DNA of 36,641 nt. It comes from Conidiobolus incongruus B7586 (taxonomy: Eukaryota). Both the position numbers and the translations under genes were made by a program. The notes under the pieces were generated by a model. The model was not told the origin of the DNA. It did not search any database and saw only the letters and a program-made list of their open reading frames with translations. Each line of letters starts with the position of its first letter. Position 1 is the first letter of the stretch. The DNA is taken from positions 1 to 36,641 of the forward strand of contig JNEM01012051.1 of assembly GCA_000697335.1 (NCBI GenBank). Direction: 5' to 3'. This document shows, one piece after another, positions 11,395 through 22,523 of this stretch.

Positions 11395-13047
11395 ATGAGC
11401 CAATTTAGGCCAGTAGTTCTTAAATCATGTAATAATTGTCGTCAGCGTAAGGTACGGTGTGATCGAGAGAAACCATTTTGCAAGCGATGCATCCATGCAG
11501 GAACATGCTGTCAGTATACTCCAGTCAAAATAAAATCAAAATCGAAAATTCAATCTCTAAAATCAATAACGAAAAGTCCACAATCAGGAAGTGATGAAGG
11601 CTGGAGTTCATCAGGTAGTATTTGGGAGCCAAGCTCAGACTCAAGTGAGCTTTTAACCACCAAACCGATTCATCCAAATTTACCAACATTTAAATGGAGT
11701 GAAGTAGTAAATGAATCTACACAACAATTGATTAAAACGATTGATGAAAACACCCAACTCGTTCTCTTAGGAAGTTATATACAATTTATATCTAAAATTT
11801 ATAGTATAGTTCACAATTCGTATTTAATGATGTTAATGAGAGAATTTCCGTGTATATTGTATAGTATGCTGGCACTTGGAGCCAATTATATTGCTAAAAT
11901 TCAAAATCCCGACAACTTGCCAATAAAGATAACTAATGAAAATGTTATGGAAATAGCAGATAAAGCTATGGAGCTTCTTCAGCGAGAAACAAGAAAAGAT
12001 CACCCTGCACTTGGCATTGCCTATTTTAATCTTGCTTTTTTATATTTCGTTGAAAACCAATTCGAGTTAGGATGGTTGAATACAAGAATGGGATGTAAGC
12101 TAGCTCAAAGAATCGGTTTAGATAAAATCATTGATTGTTCTAATGAATTAATCCCAATCAATAGCCTCAGTGCCTTGGATGATGAAATTAAGATCCGGTC
12201 TTGGTGGGGAATTTACCTACAGGATATTTCATTTGGATTACTCTACGATCGCCCATGCTATTTTCAAGATCTTGAGCTTCCTTTCTTGACTCCAATACAG
12301 TTTGAAGAGAAATGTCCTGTTTATTATCTCAAATTACATCAATCTTATGATACTATTTGCGCCGAGTCAGCCCAGAGAGTATGCCACCACAGTACACTCG
12401 AATTGCAAGCATTGAAACATCCACCAAACCAAGTGAACATTGAGAACTTCTTAATTGTTCTTCAACACAGACTTAAACTGTTCAACCAACGTATGAAGGA
12501 CCCTAATTATCATAGCGTTGAAAATGCTCACTGGCACTTGGAGTATCAATCTCTATTAATTAAATGCAGGGAATGGATCAACTATATAAAAAGGCGATTT
12601 CCCGTAGATCGCCTCCTTCAAAGCCCTTTTCTCCCTATCGATACTCAGTTGGACCACGTAATTTTAGCTATGATAGTTAATATGATGATAAATGACATAG
12701 TAATATTATTGGAATACCAAGACCTTCAATTTCCCTCCTTGATCTCTCAAAAATTCAGCCCAATAGCGTTTCAAGCAGCTATCAACAATTCCAGGATCTA
12801 CCAACGGCTCATGTATTATACTGATGTCACAATGTCTCCATCAAGGTATATGACAATTTGGAATTGTGTCTTAGTGTTTTATCAATGCACATTACCACCT
12901 GTGGCACCGGGTTTAATAGAAATTGCCAAAAATGAAATCTTGAAAATAAATGCAAATTTTTCAATGTTTGTCACACACTGGTCCAAAATGAAAGAATATT
13001 TCCAGCAAAAGATAGATATGGTAATCAACGAAATCAATCAACATTAA
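11395..13047 (+). CDS. Zn(II)2Cys6 binuclear cluster transcription factor with fungal-specific TF (middle homology) domain, 550 aa, intronless
   Basis: CNNCRQRKVRCDREKPFCKRCIHAGTCC matches CX2CX6CX6CX2CX6C; GCKLAQRIGLD and EIKIRSWWGIYLQDISFGLLYDRP are typical Fungal_trans motifs. Confidence 0.95.
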   Translation: MSQFRPVVLKSCNNCRQRKVRCDREKPFCKRCIHAGTCCQYTPVKIKSKSKIQSLKSITKSPQSGSDEGWSSSGSIWEPSSDSSELLTTKPIHPNLPTFKWSEVVNESTQQLIKTIDENTQLVLLGSYIQFISKIYSIVHNSYLMMLMREFPCILYSMLALGANYIAKIQNPDNLPIKITNENVMEIADKAMELLQRETRKDHPALGIAYFNLAFLYFVENQFELGWLNTRMGCKLAQRIGLDKIIDCSNELIPINSLSALDDEIKIRSWWGIYLQDISFGLLYDRPCYFQDLELPFLTPIQFEEKCPVYYLKLHQSYDTICAESAQRVCHHSTLELQALKHPPNQVNIENFLIVLQHRLKLFNQRMKDPNYHSVENAHWHLEYQSLLIKCREWINYIKRRFPVDRLLQSPFLPIDTQLDHVILAMIVNMMINDIVILLEYQDLQFPSLISQKFSPIAFQAAINNSRIYQRLMYYTDVTMSPSRYMTIWNCVLVFYQCTLPPVAPGLIEIAKNEILKINANFSMFVTHWSKMKEYFQQKIDMVINEINQH

Positions 13048-15035
13048 TCACTTAATTTTGAACTTTAATAAATTTAAATTATCGAATTTTATAACTATAA
13101 AGTGATATTTCAATTGTCATTTTGAATTTTGCAATATTTGATTGATCTGTATATTTAAAATTTAAGATAATATTATTTGTCATTCTAGAAAAATATAATA
13201 TAATGATGATATTCGGGATAAATGTTAAAGATAGTCATTGTTTATGGCATAGACTTGACATAATTTGTTATGTTACACTTAATTTACTTGAAAAAAAAAA
13301 TCAAACTCAAAAATTATTTTAGTTAAGTTAAACACATTAAAATAAATATAAAAATAATTAAAATAGTTTCAATCCAATTTGCAAATTTTCATACTAAATC
13401 TTTGAATTTTAATTATAATAATTTGCAAATGTGAATGTATATGTTCTTTTTACATGCTTTAATGGTGTATACTCAACAAGTTTAATACTTTAATTCATAA
13501 ATACTTAAAAGTTTTATATATCATATTGATTTTTATATGGGTGTTTTCTAATTATTAAATATAACATTGTATTTATAAATTAATTAAATTTATATAATAA
13601 CAAGAAATTGAACTAATAATTACTGAAGGCAACGCCAATATAATTTTCACCAAATAATCATAGTGAACAAATATATATTTTCATTATTCTGTTGCAAAGG
13701 GTAAAATTATAGTATATATTGATTTTTATTCATCTTTATAGTTTAAGCGCATAAATTACTATAACTTTTACATCTCCTTTATTCTCATAATTACCAGTAT
13801 ATAATTTTGATTATAATATGAATATTTGTATTTAAAATAGTATTAAAATATAAAAAGATACTGATTCTTTGATAGCTATATTTGAAGAAAGATCATCTAT
13901 ATAATTTTGATTTGAATATTCTAATATAAAATGTCTAGTTTAAAAATACTTCTATAATACCAATATTAATATTTTTAATAAAATATTGTTTTAATTCATG
14001 TGAATAGGTCAATTGAGATATACATTAATCTTTCAATAATTTATTATCATTTACCACATGAATTAATTAAAAATATTTATTGATAGAAATCAACGTATTA
14101 ATTTTGATATCAATAACTTTTATCAAGTTTTAGAATTTGAATATATTGATATCATTAGGTTATCATAATATTCAAAATATTTCCGAAGATATTTTGTTAA
14201 CACATTACCATTTTATTACTTATTTGATAATCTCATTCATAAATCTGATTTGATTTTTGAAAAAAAAGAATTAGAACATTAAGTTATATTAATAAGTTAC
14301 GCTTATTGAAATAATTTATTAAGAGATATATAAATTTGAAAATTAAATAATGGAATATATTTAAACTTTTTTAAATATATTAATAAATTTCAAAATCTGA
14401 TTTTATAAATAATGAAATAGAAAATTTTTTCGGTGTTCAATATTATTTATTTTATTTATGTTTGTTTGAAAAAATAGCATCGAATGTAATAAAAATTTAT
14501 AAATTTTCATTAAGAGTCATTTAATGTAATATAATTTTGTTTAAAACAAATCAATTTAAAATATCTAAAAAGCTTTTAGAGATGATATATTATCCAGATC
14601 TATTTTTTGCCACCTGGTGTAAAATTTCATATTTGAAAGCAATCTATTTAACTTTAATAGAGTTTAGAAAGTGAATTTAATATATATTTTGCAATAATAA
14701 AAAAATATTTCTGAAATTAATGTCATTCAAAACAATTATTAATTTTTAAAAATATTTTATATTTCAATGTTTAAATTTGAGTTATTAAATAATAATCTGG
14801 ATTTTTTATGCTATAACTTAATATATATTTAAAATTTTCATTAGATAAATATATACATACAACTTATTATTATATAGCCAGATATTAAGAATATTTTATT
14901 AAATAATTTTAAATATTTAATTTTGGATTTTTATTTGCTTTTCAAGTAAAACCAGAAAAAAAACGAAGTTAAAATATATCTTTTAAAAAATCCATATATA
15001 AATTATCTTAATTTAAACTATTATTTAATATTTTA

Positions 15036-15434
15036 ATAGGCTATAGTGGTATATATTACTTTTATTCAACAGTTAATCACAGATTCTATATAATTAAAAT
15101 TAATTCAATCTTTAATTATATAAATGATTAATAATTATTATAATTTTAATTATAAATTATAAAATATATAAAATATAACATTGGAATTATTGAGAATATT
15201 GAATAATAAAAAGAAACAAAAAATCTATTAGATCTAATATGCTCACTGGATCACAACCTCTGTGACTATCATTTCTTTAGACAATTGAAAAATACTTCCA
15301 AATATGCTGTTTTTGTTAAATAAATTTAAATTATAAACCAAATAATTTTGACGCTAATTAATAAACACATTTTTTATTTTAGAAATTTACCCAAAATATA
15401 GAAAAAAGTTAGTACAAATAGAGGTGAATATTAA
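15036..15434 (+). mobile_element. Internally deleted mariner remnant related to the element at 1-1236
   Basis: 15036 ATAGGCTATAGTGGTATATATTACTTTTAT aligns to ATAGATTATAATGTTATATGCTACTTTTAT (about 717). From 15240: CSLDHNLCDYHFFRQLKN...RNLPKI*KKVSTNRGEY* (mariner YSPDLAPSDY motif and C-terminal W.K.....G.Y). Confidence 0.8.
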
Positions 15435-17855
15435 TTTTATAACATTTTTTTAATACTAGGTAGAATTTTATATTTATTTTTTATTTCAATAAATGAAAAT
15501 ATTTTCATTTTGAGTAATATTGTTAATAATATGAAATTCATAAGCTAAATTGCTGTAACTATTATATTATTAAATTTATTTTTAACTCCTAAATTACTAA
15601 TTCTACGAATAATAATGATTAAATAAATATATTCTATAGACTTTAATATCTATTCAATTTTCCTAGTTGAATTTATTACTTGTCAAAACTGTTTTATTAT
15701 GCCTAGTATAAAAAATTCATCCAAGCACACTAATATTAAAATTTCAATTAAATGAACCTAATTGTATTCATATTAATTGATCGTTTTCTTAGAAGATATA
15801 TGGGGGAAGTAATGTAGATATTTAGTATTTTGAAATATCCCTGTTTTCATTTATAAAAGAATAAAATTTGAATTAGAGTTCAAAATTTATGTCATTATCA
15901 GATTCAAGTATATTTGAAATGAATTGTATTTTACAGCATATTGAAATATGCTTAATTCATTTAGGATTGAGGGTTCAGGATTTACCATAATTTGTAACAA
16001 ATTAGTTCAAATTATATTTTAGGTTGATCCATAATTAAAATAGAGTTTCATGATGAATGAAGTCATAAATATTTTTTTTACTATACATAACGAAATAATA
16101 TATCTAAATGTATAAAACTGATTTTGTGTTCAATTAAATAAATTTTTTTTTCACTATATGAACTTTTCTAATGAAAAAAAATCTTTAATTGAAAATGTTC
16201 CAATATTACATTTTTAAAATTAATACACAGTATAAACTATTTTAATTATTCATATTCAGCTTAACTTTTTAGTAACTATATCAACTTAGATAAACTTTGA
16301 GATGATAGTAAAGTTTTATGTTTAATTTAAAAATATCCAAGGGTACTAATTCCAAATTAACAAGCTTATTCAAATTTGAAATTTGTATATTATTATATTT
16401 TTATTCACATGATTTTATTCAATATCTTATCTAATGATTTTTTTTGCTATTAATTAGAAAATAATGCAAAATATTTTAATTACAAGGCCCATATAACTAC
16501 AGTAATAAATATATCTCGGAAAAATTTCTTAATAATTAATTTCAAATATATATTCTTAATTGCAAAGAATTTAGATTTGTTCATTAAATTTTCATTAACT
16601 TTGAAGGATTTAATCTTAATTATTGAAAATATATAGGATCACTTCGTGTAAAAATTTTCGTAGGTTGAAATAGAGATTACTAAAATTAACTAAAAATTGG
16701 ACATGTTTTTACCTTTATTTTTAGCAGATTTAAACATGGATCACTATTCAGTTTTATTTTATTATCTCTAACAATATTCGCGGTGAATTATCCTCCCGTA
16801 TAATCAAAACACAATGATGCATTTTTTAAGTTCAAAATGATTAATATAATGAATGATTTATTAATACTAAAATTTTTCAAAGACTAAATTTAAAGTAAAT
16901 TAGTTGAATTAAATTCACAATAATTATAAAATCCCACTACCCCAAATTTTTTATTTATTAACACCTATGTATGTTTATATTTACATTTTTATACTATAGT
17001 ATTGATAATACCAACATTAGTATATCATAAGATTTCTAAAATAAAACTTTTAATTAAATATACATTTTTTTGCTCTATATAATTTTCTTCAAAATATAAT
17101 TTATATTGAATATAATTTAAGCTATTATATAACATGGATATAATATTAATACAAAATATAGATATACAAGGCTAATATTATGGTAATTACAGTATTTTCT
17201 TCATATTAGCAATTACTGTTGTGTTTTTATATTAAGTTTTATAAATAAAGGTTATAGTTAGAAAAGTACTCCAAATATGATTTAGTAAATTATTTTTTAA
17301 TCCTATATTTTAACATATCAGGACTATAGGTCTTAGAACTTATTATTGAGATATTGTAACAAAATATCCAAAAAAAAACCTCTTCTCTATCTTTATCACT
17401 GTTGGGTTTAAATAATTGAATCAAAGATTGATATGGGATTTGGATAAAATCTAATAAAAAAAACAAAAAGAACAAAGAGTATCTTTCAATTATAAACTAA
17501 CAAAACCAGCTTAAAATAGAAATAATATTGGTTTAGCTTTCAAACTAAAAGGGATGATTAAATTTGAAATACAACAATTACCTCTCTAAATCATAAAATA
17601 TAAATTGACATATATAAATATAACAATACTTTATATATAGTTCAAAAATAATATTAAATCTTAATATATATTGGTTATCTTTTTTTAGTAAAAATATTTT
17701 AGTTTAAACTTGAATATATATTAATAATCTAATATATAAACTTAAGAAATTAATATATTAAACTATAGATATTAATTTTTTATTAACTATTATTAATTTA
17801 ATAATATTTAGATATTAAGTTAAATATTGATAAATATTAAATAATTGATTATCTA

Positions 17856-19413
17856 TACTAACCCACAAAAGTGAGTTATAAAATCAAAATTACTTATATA
17901 TTTACTTATATCTTAACAATTATTAATTAAATAAATTTAAATTAAAATATATAATATACCTATATTTATTGATTATAACTAACTATATTTGATTATATTT
18001 TATTAACTATTAGTTAATATATCAAAACCTAAAATATAACCAAAGTGAGTTATAAATTTGTAGGTTTATATGTTAAAAGGGTATAAATAATGAAACTTAT
18101 ATATATCTTTTTTTTTCTTTTGTTATATTATATATATTATGTAACTATTAAGCTAATATTTTAAAATTAATATTATAATACCTAAATCTCTCTTTAAAAA
18201 AGTTCACTTATATATTAATTAACTTTATAATAAAAATAAATCAACTTATAAGATTACTAGAATTATTAATGATAACTAATCTACTATAGCTAAGGTTATT
18301 AAGAATAATGTCAAAAAACATTTAAACTAAAACTTAAGTGTGTTAAAATTATAGATGAATATAATGAAAAGTATAATTATAGATTAATTAATATAGGTAA
18401 GTAGAATATTATTATAAAAGAATATTAAAAACTATAAGATTATATAAGAATATTAGTTAGTATTAATACTATTATATATGTTTTATATTAGAATAGATAC
18501 TATTTATACTTTAAGAAAAAATACCCTTAACTAAAGAAATCCCATTATAAAACTAGATAAGAGTTTAAATACCAATATTAAAGTTAAATTAAAACTAATT
18601 AAAGTTATTTAATTTAATGAAATAAAGATATATTTTAATAAATTTAATAGAAAAACTAGATGTTTTCAAAAAGATAAAGAACTATTTTATAACCATTATG
18701 TTATTATAACCTAAAAATATAATAATAGATTAATTATGATTTAGGGATATATATTATCTTTTAGTATAAGGTATTTTTGTAGGGTTAATAGGGGAATTAA
18801 TGTTGAGATATACTAAAGTATTTTAAATAATAAATTGAAAAAATTATTGAGTAATATAGGTTAAATAAATTAATTATTATTTTCTAACAAGATAATACTC
18901 CTTGTTATATTACAAATTCTATTATTAAATAGCTTGAAAATAACATAATAATTATTATGAAATAACCTCTTCAATCTTTTAATCTTAACTTAATTCAATA
19001 TCTTTAGGATCATCTAAAAAAATTAATTAAAGCTTTCCCCTAATAAAAAATTAAAATTATTTTTAAAAGTATATTTAAGAAGCTTAGAATAATATTAGTC
19101 TTGCTTAATATAAGAAACTAGTTGATTTTATACCCTGTAAACTTAAAATTAAAAAAACAAAAGGTAGATATATTAGATATTAATTTTTTTATTAATAATA
19201 AAACTTGCAAATTTATAACTTATTTTAAATATACTTTTAGTTTTAATATATCAATTAATAATTGATTAAATTTAACTTTATATATTATATTATATATAAA
19301 AAATATATATTAATTCTATAGTTTAATATAAATTTATTTAAATTAGAATTAATTAAGATATTAATAGAAATATTTATATTTTTAATTTTATAACTTACTT
19401 TTGTAAGCTAATA
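17856..19413 (+). mobile_element. Full-length but inactivated Tc1-family (DD34E spacing) IR/DR transposon, 1558 bp, TA TSD
   Basis: Left end TA|TACTAACCCACAAAAGTGAGTTATAAAA; right end (rc) TA|TATTAGCTTACAAAAGTAAGTTATAAAA. Imperfect IRs of about 210 bp with outer and inner direct repeats (17868-17882, 18042-18056, 19212-19226, 19387-19401). Transposase relic about 18178-19183: VI*FNEN (VIWSDE), KYNNRLIMI*GY (KHGGGSIMIWGC), F*QDNTPCY (FQQDNAPCH), K*PLQSFNLNLIQYL*DHLK (EWPPQSPDLNPIEHLW), KGRYIRY*. Confidence 0.93.
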
Positions 19414-19415
19414 TA

Positions 19416-19531
19416 TATATTTTAAAAATATATAATTTTTTATTTACTTTATATATATTTATTTATTTAAAATTAATATGTTTGAAAAATCAGAAATTAA
19501 AAAATTTCCCATTATTTTAAATATAAGGTAA
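19416..19531 (-). mobile_element. Truncated left end (TIR plus 5' UTR) of a mariner of the family at 1-1236
   Basis: + strand AAAATTTCCCATTATTTTAAATATAAGGTAA|TA matches the TIR at 1205-1236. The adjacent rc sequence TAAATAAATATATATAAAGTAAATAAAAAATTATA matches window positions 1-35 (TAAATAAATATATACAAAGTTAATAGGATATTATA). Confidence 0.7.
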
Positions 19532-20336
19532 TATTAAAAATTATATTAATAATTTCAATTTATAGATAGTTTTAAATATATTATTTAAATAAGATATAAA
19601 ATGTCAAATTATTAAACCAATTAAATCAACTAAAATTATCTAAATATAATTTTATTAATAAAATATCCCTTTATATTTCCATGAATACCAAATGTTATAA
19701 TATCAAAACTTTTATGTTATTTTTAACATTATAAATAATATTCTCATACTTTGAAATTGATATAGCCAAAATTTTGACAAGATATTTTTAGTTATTTTGT
19801 TGGATTTGAGATCATTTTAATTATATTTATAACTTTGGCTTACTTGGTCAGAAATATCATTATATTTTATAAATGATGATTTCTTACTATTCTAATATGG
19901 ATTCATTCCTTTTGAATATTTTTAATATATTAAAAACGATATAACTCTAAATTTGTAAAATTACAATAAATTGTTAATGATTTCAATCCAAAATATTAAT
20001 TAATATATAATATGAATATGGCAAAATTTCCTTTCATATTCTACCAACTTTTAATACACTATATCCTTATAAATTGATCAATCTTGTATTTTCCCTTCTA
20101 TACAAAATCATATTCAATTGAAGACATAATATCAATTTGTATTGATTTAAATTTTGGGATTAAAATTACTATAAACATATTGTATATATTTTAATATTTG
20201 ACAGTAGATATTTAAACTTTGTCATCAATATTCAAATAGATGATATAATTACTTAATTTTATAAATATTTATACTAAAACAAATGATAAATTTTATTTTT
20301 TAGTTAACAAAATAAAGATAAAGATTTATTAGATAA

Positions 20337-20950
20337 TTATAAAATGTTCCAATTTTCAGTTTGTTTCCAATAGTCATTTATAGGTTTGATCATTTTGATG
20401 TGATCGATATTTTGACGAATGTGATGAGAGTTGGGAATAGTGAAATATCCCAATTTCAAATAAAAATATTCTACTTCGGCCATTCCTGCTAAGTAGAAGG
20501 CGCCTACATCATATCTCTTTATAGCTTCCTCTTCAATTCCAACCATGATTTTGCTTCCTAGTCTATGTCTTCTATACTCCTTCGCGACTGCCACACGCTC
20601 TACCTTGTACAATCCAGGATGCTCGGAGGAAACAATACGAGCAGCCGCAACAATATCATCCAATTGAATTTGATCTAGGATTGGAATCTGCTTGTCCCAA
20701 TTAAAGTTGGCCTGATTAGCACGGACTGCAACTACATGGAGAGCTGTATCATCCAATCTATAGTGGTGAAAAGAAACATGAATACAATTAAATAGCAGCC
20801 ATATTAAAATACTCACACATCTCTTTCGTGATTGGGATCTACATCCCTTTCAACGACAAAAGCTTCATGACGGACGCGATATGCACCCTTTCTTAGAATG
20901 GGATTGATACTATCATCTACAGCAGTTATAAAAAAGTGCTCTTTAGTCAT
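20337..20950 (-). CDS. GNAT-family N-acetyltransferase (ElaA/YjcF-like), 2 exons: 20950-20817 and 20757-20337, 184 aa
   Basis: ATG at 20950; 59-nt intron GTGAGT...CACTATAG (20816-20758). Spliced protein MTKEHFFITAVDD...AYRVRHEAFVVERDVDPNHERDVLDDTALHVVAV...IVAAARIV...YKVERVAVAKEYRRHRLGSKIM...EYFYLKLGY...IDHIKMIK follows the ElaA/YjcF pattern (R..VFV.EQ, E.D..D..A.H, RVAV...R..G.G, FY.KLG, H..M). Confidence 0.88.
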
Positions 20951-21728
20951 TTTTAGAATTATTAATTAAAAGATCACTAATCAAGATTTAATTTATAGTT
21001 TTTTTATTATAAATAAATTATGGGTAAATTTATATTAATAATTTAAAAATTATAAACATGTTAACTTTGAAATATATGATAAAAAAGGAAATATCAATAT
21101 CATTTTCTAATTTAAGTTAAGAAATTTCTAATTTAATATATATTATTTTTAAACTAAATTGTATGATTTTTTTAAAAAAAAATATAATAATTTAATATTT
21201 TGATTATTTTTTTTGATTAATATTCTAATATGAATAGAATATATATATATATATAACAATAAATCATTAATACAATTGATGAATATATCTAATTTTTATC
21301 TTTTTATTGTTTATCCACTACCCAGTTAAGTTTTTCATACTTAACTATGATTAAAAATTAATAGATTATGAGAGGATATTGTTTTTAATAACAATGTATA
21401 TAAAATTTGAAGTTATATAGAATTAATTTGAAAAAGAATACTCTGGAATAATCTAGTCTTGAGAAGAAGCTTAATGATTAATAATATATATATATATATA
21501 TATCATAATAAACAATGATTAATAACATGAGAACCTTTGATTCTTTTTAGCCGAAATTGATAAACTGGTTGTCAGTAGGATTATATAATGAATTATATGA
21601 TTATCACATTAGAGCATCATATTAATAAATTATTATAATTATAAAATTATTTTAATATTACTAAAAATTTAAATATCAAAATATTTATATTAAAAAATAT
21701 AACACTACAATCGATGAAAAAAGTTGAA

Positions 21729-21810
21729 TGAACAGAGAGAGGTTCGAACTCTCGCCTCCGAAGAGACCACGGCCTTAACGTGGCGCCTTAGACCACTCGG
21801 CCATCTGTCC
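21729..21810 (-). tRNA. tRNA-Leu(AAG), intronless, long variable arm
   Basis: rc: GGACAGA TGGCCGAGTGGTCTAAGGCG CCACG TTAAGGC CGTGG TCTCTTCGGAGGC GAGAG TTCGAAC CTCTC TCTGTTC A; A and B boxes present, T-run downstream. Confidence 0.96.
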
Positions 21811-21995
21811 ATACCATTTCATGGATATAAATTTTAATGATTAATTGGAATTTATATAACTTTTATCAACCTTGAACTTTTTCCAAATTCTTTTTTTATT
21901 TATCTTTAATTACACGTGTAAATTTTATTAAATTTAACAATTATTATTATATCTTATTTTATCATCAATCGGTTATCCTAATTTATTTAAATATC

Positions 21996-22523
21996 TGTCA
22001 ACTACCTCTAAGGTCTGCCAATGAGGAGCTGAAGAATTCACCACGAAGTCATCACATTGATGTATAAGGATTCCCCAACTCATTAGTAGATACAAGCGCA
22101 TTATCCAACGATTAATTCCTGTAGTTAACCAAGTTCCTCCCCAGCTAACCATTACACATAGCAGGACAAATGCTAATCCGAATACTGATGTCTGAGGTGA
22201 CTCTGCGAGGGGAACTTCTTTAAATGTTATAGGGGAGAAAATAGAACGTAACAGTACCATAATGATAGTTAATTAATGTGAATAAAATATTATAACTCTG
22301 AGGAAACTATTTATTAATTATTAGATCTGTTAAAGGAATGACCAGAATAGTTCATCTAGCTATTCTGATGTGTTCTCTTATACTTCTTTTAGCCTTCTTT
22401 GTCCTTTTTTGTCTTCTTTGTCTTTTTTGTCCTTTTGCCTTGTAGTGATTATTTCAAGGGAAGTGGAAATTTAAATGTTCCTACTATATCCTATTTTAGG
22501 TAATATCACGTTGACTCGTGACA
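21996..22523. mobile_element. Solo LTR (528 bp) with perfect 5-bp TSD
   Basis: Termini TGTCA...TGACA; ATATC flanks both sides (21991-21995, 22524-22528). Internal 9-nt tandem repeats (CTTCTTTGT/CTTTTTTGT, about 22394-22440) and an 8-bp hairpin CAGAATAG/CTATTCTG. Confidence 0.85.

Noticed and set aside
17290..17475. ORF containing YSPD, resembling the mariner motif
   Set aside because: No flanking HPP/LAPSD context or other transposase motifs.
298..19183. Alternative genetic code (stop reassignment) to explain in-frame TAA/TAG in the transposases
   Set aside because: The same stop codons stand for both W and Q, come with many missense transitions, and intact genes end in TAA/TAG with no internal stops.
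21973..22260. 95-aa hydrophobic ORF
   Set aside because: Lies almost wholly within the solo LTR and runs off its end; no family similarity recognised.
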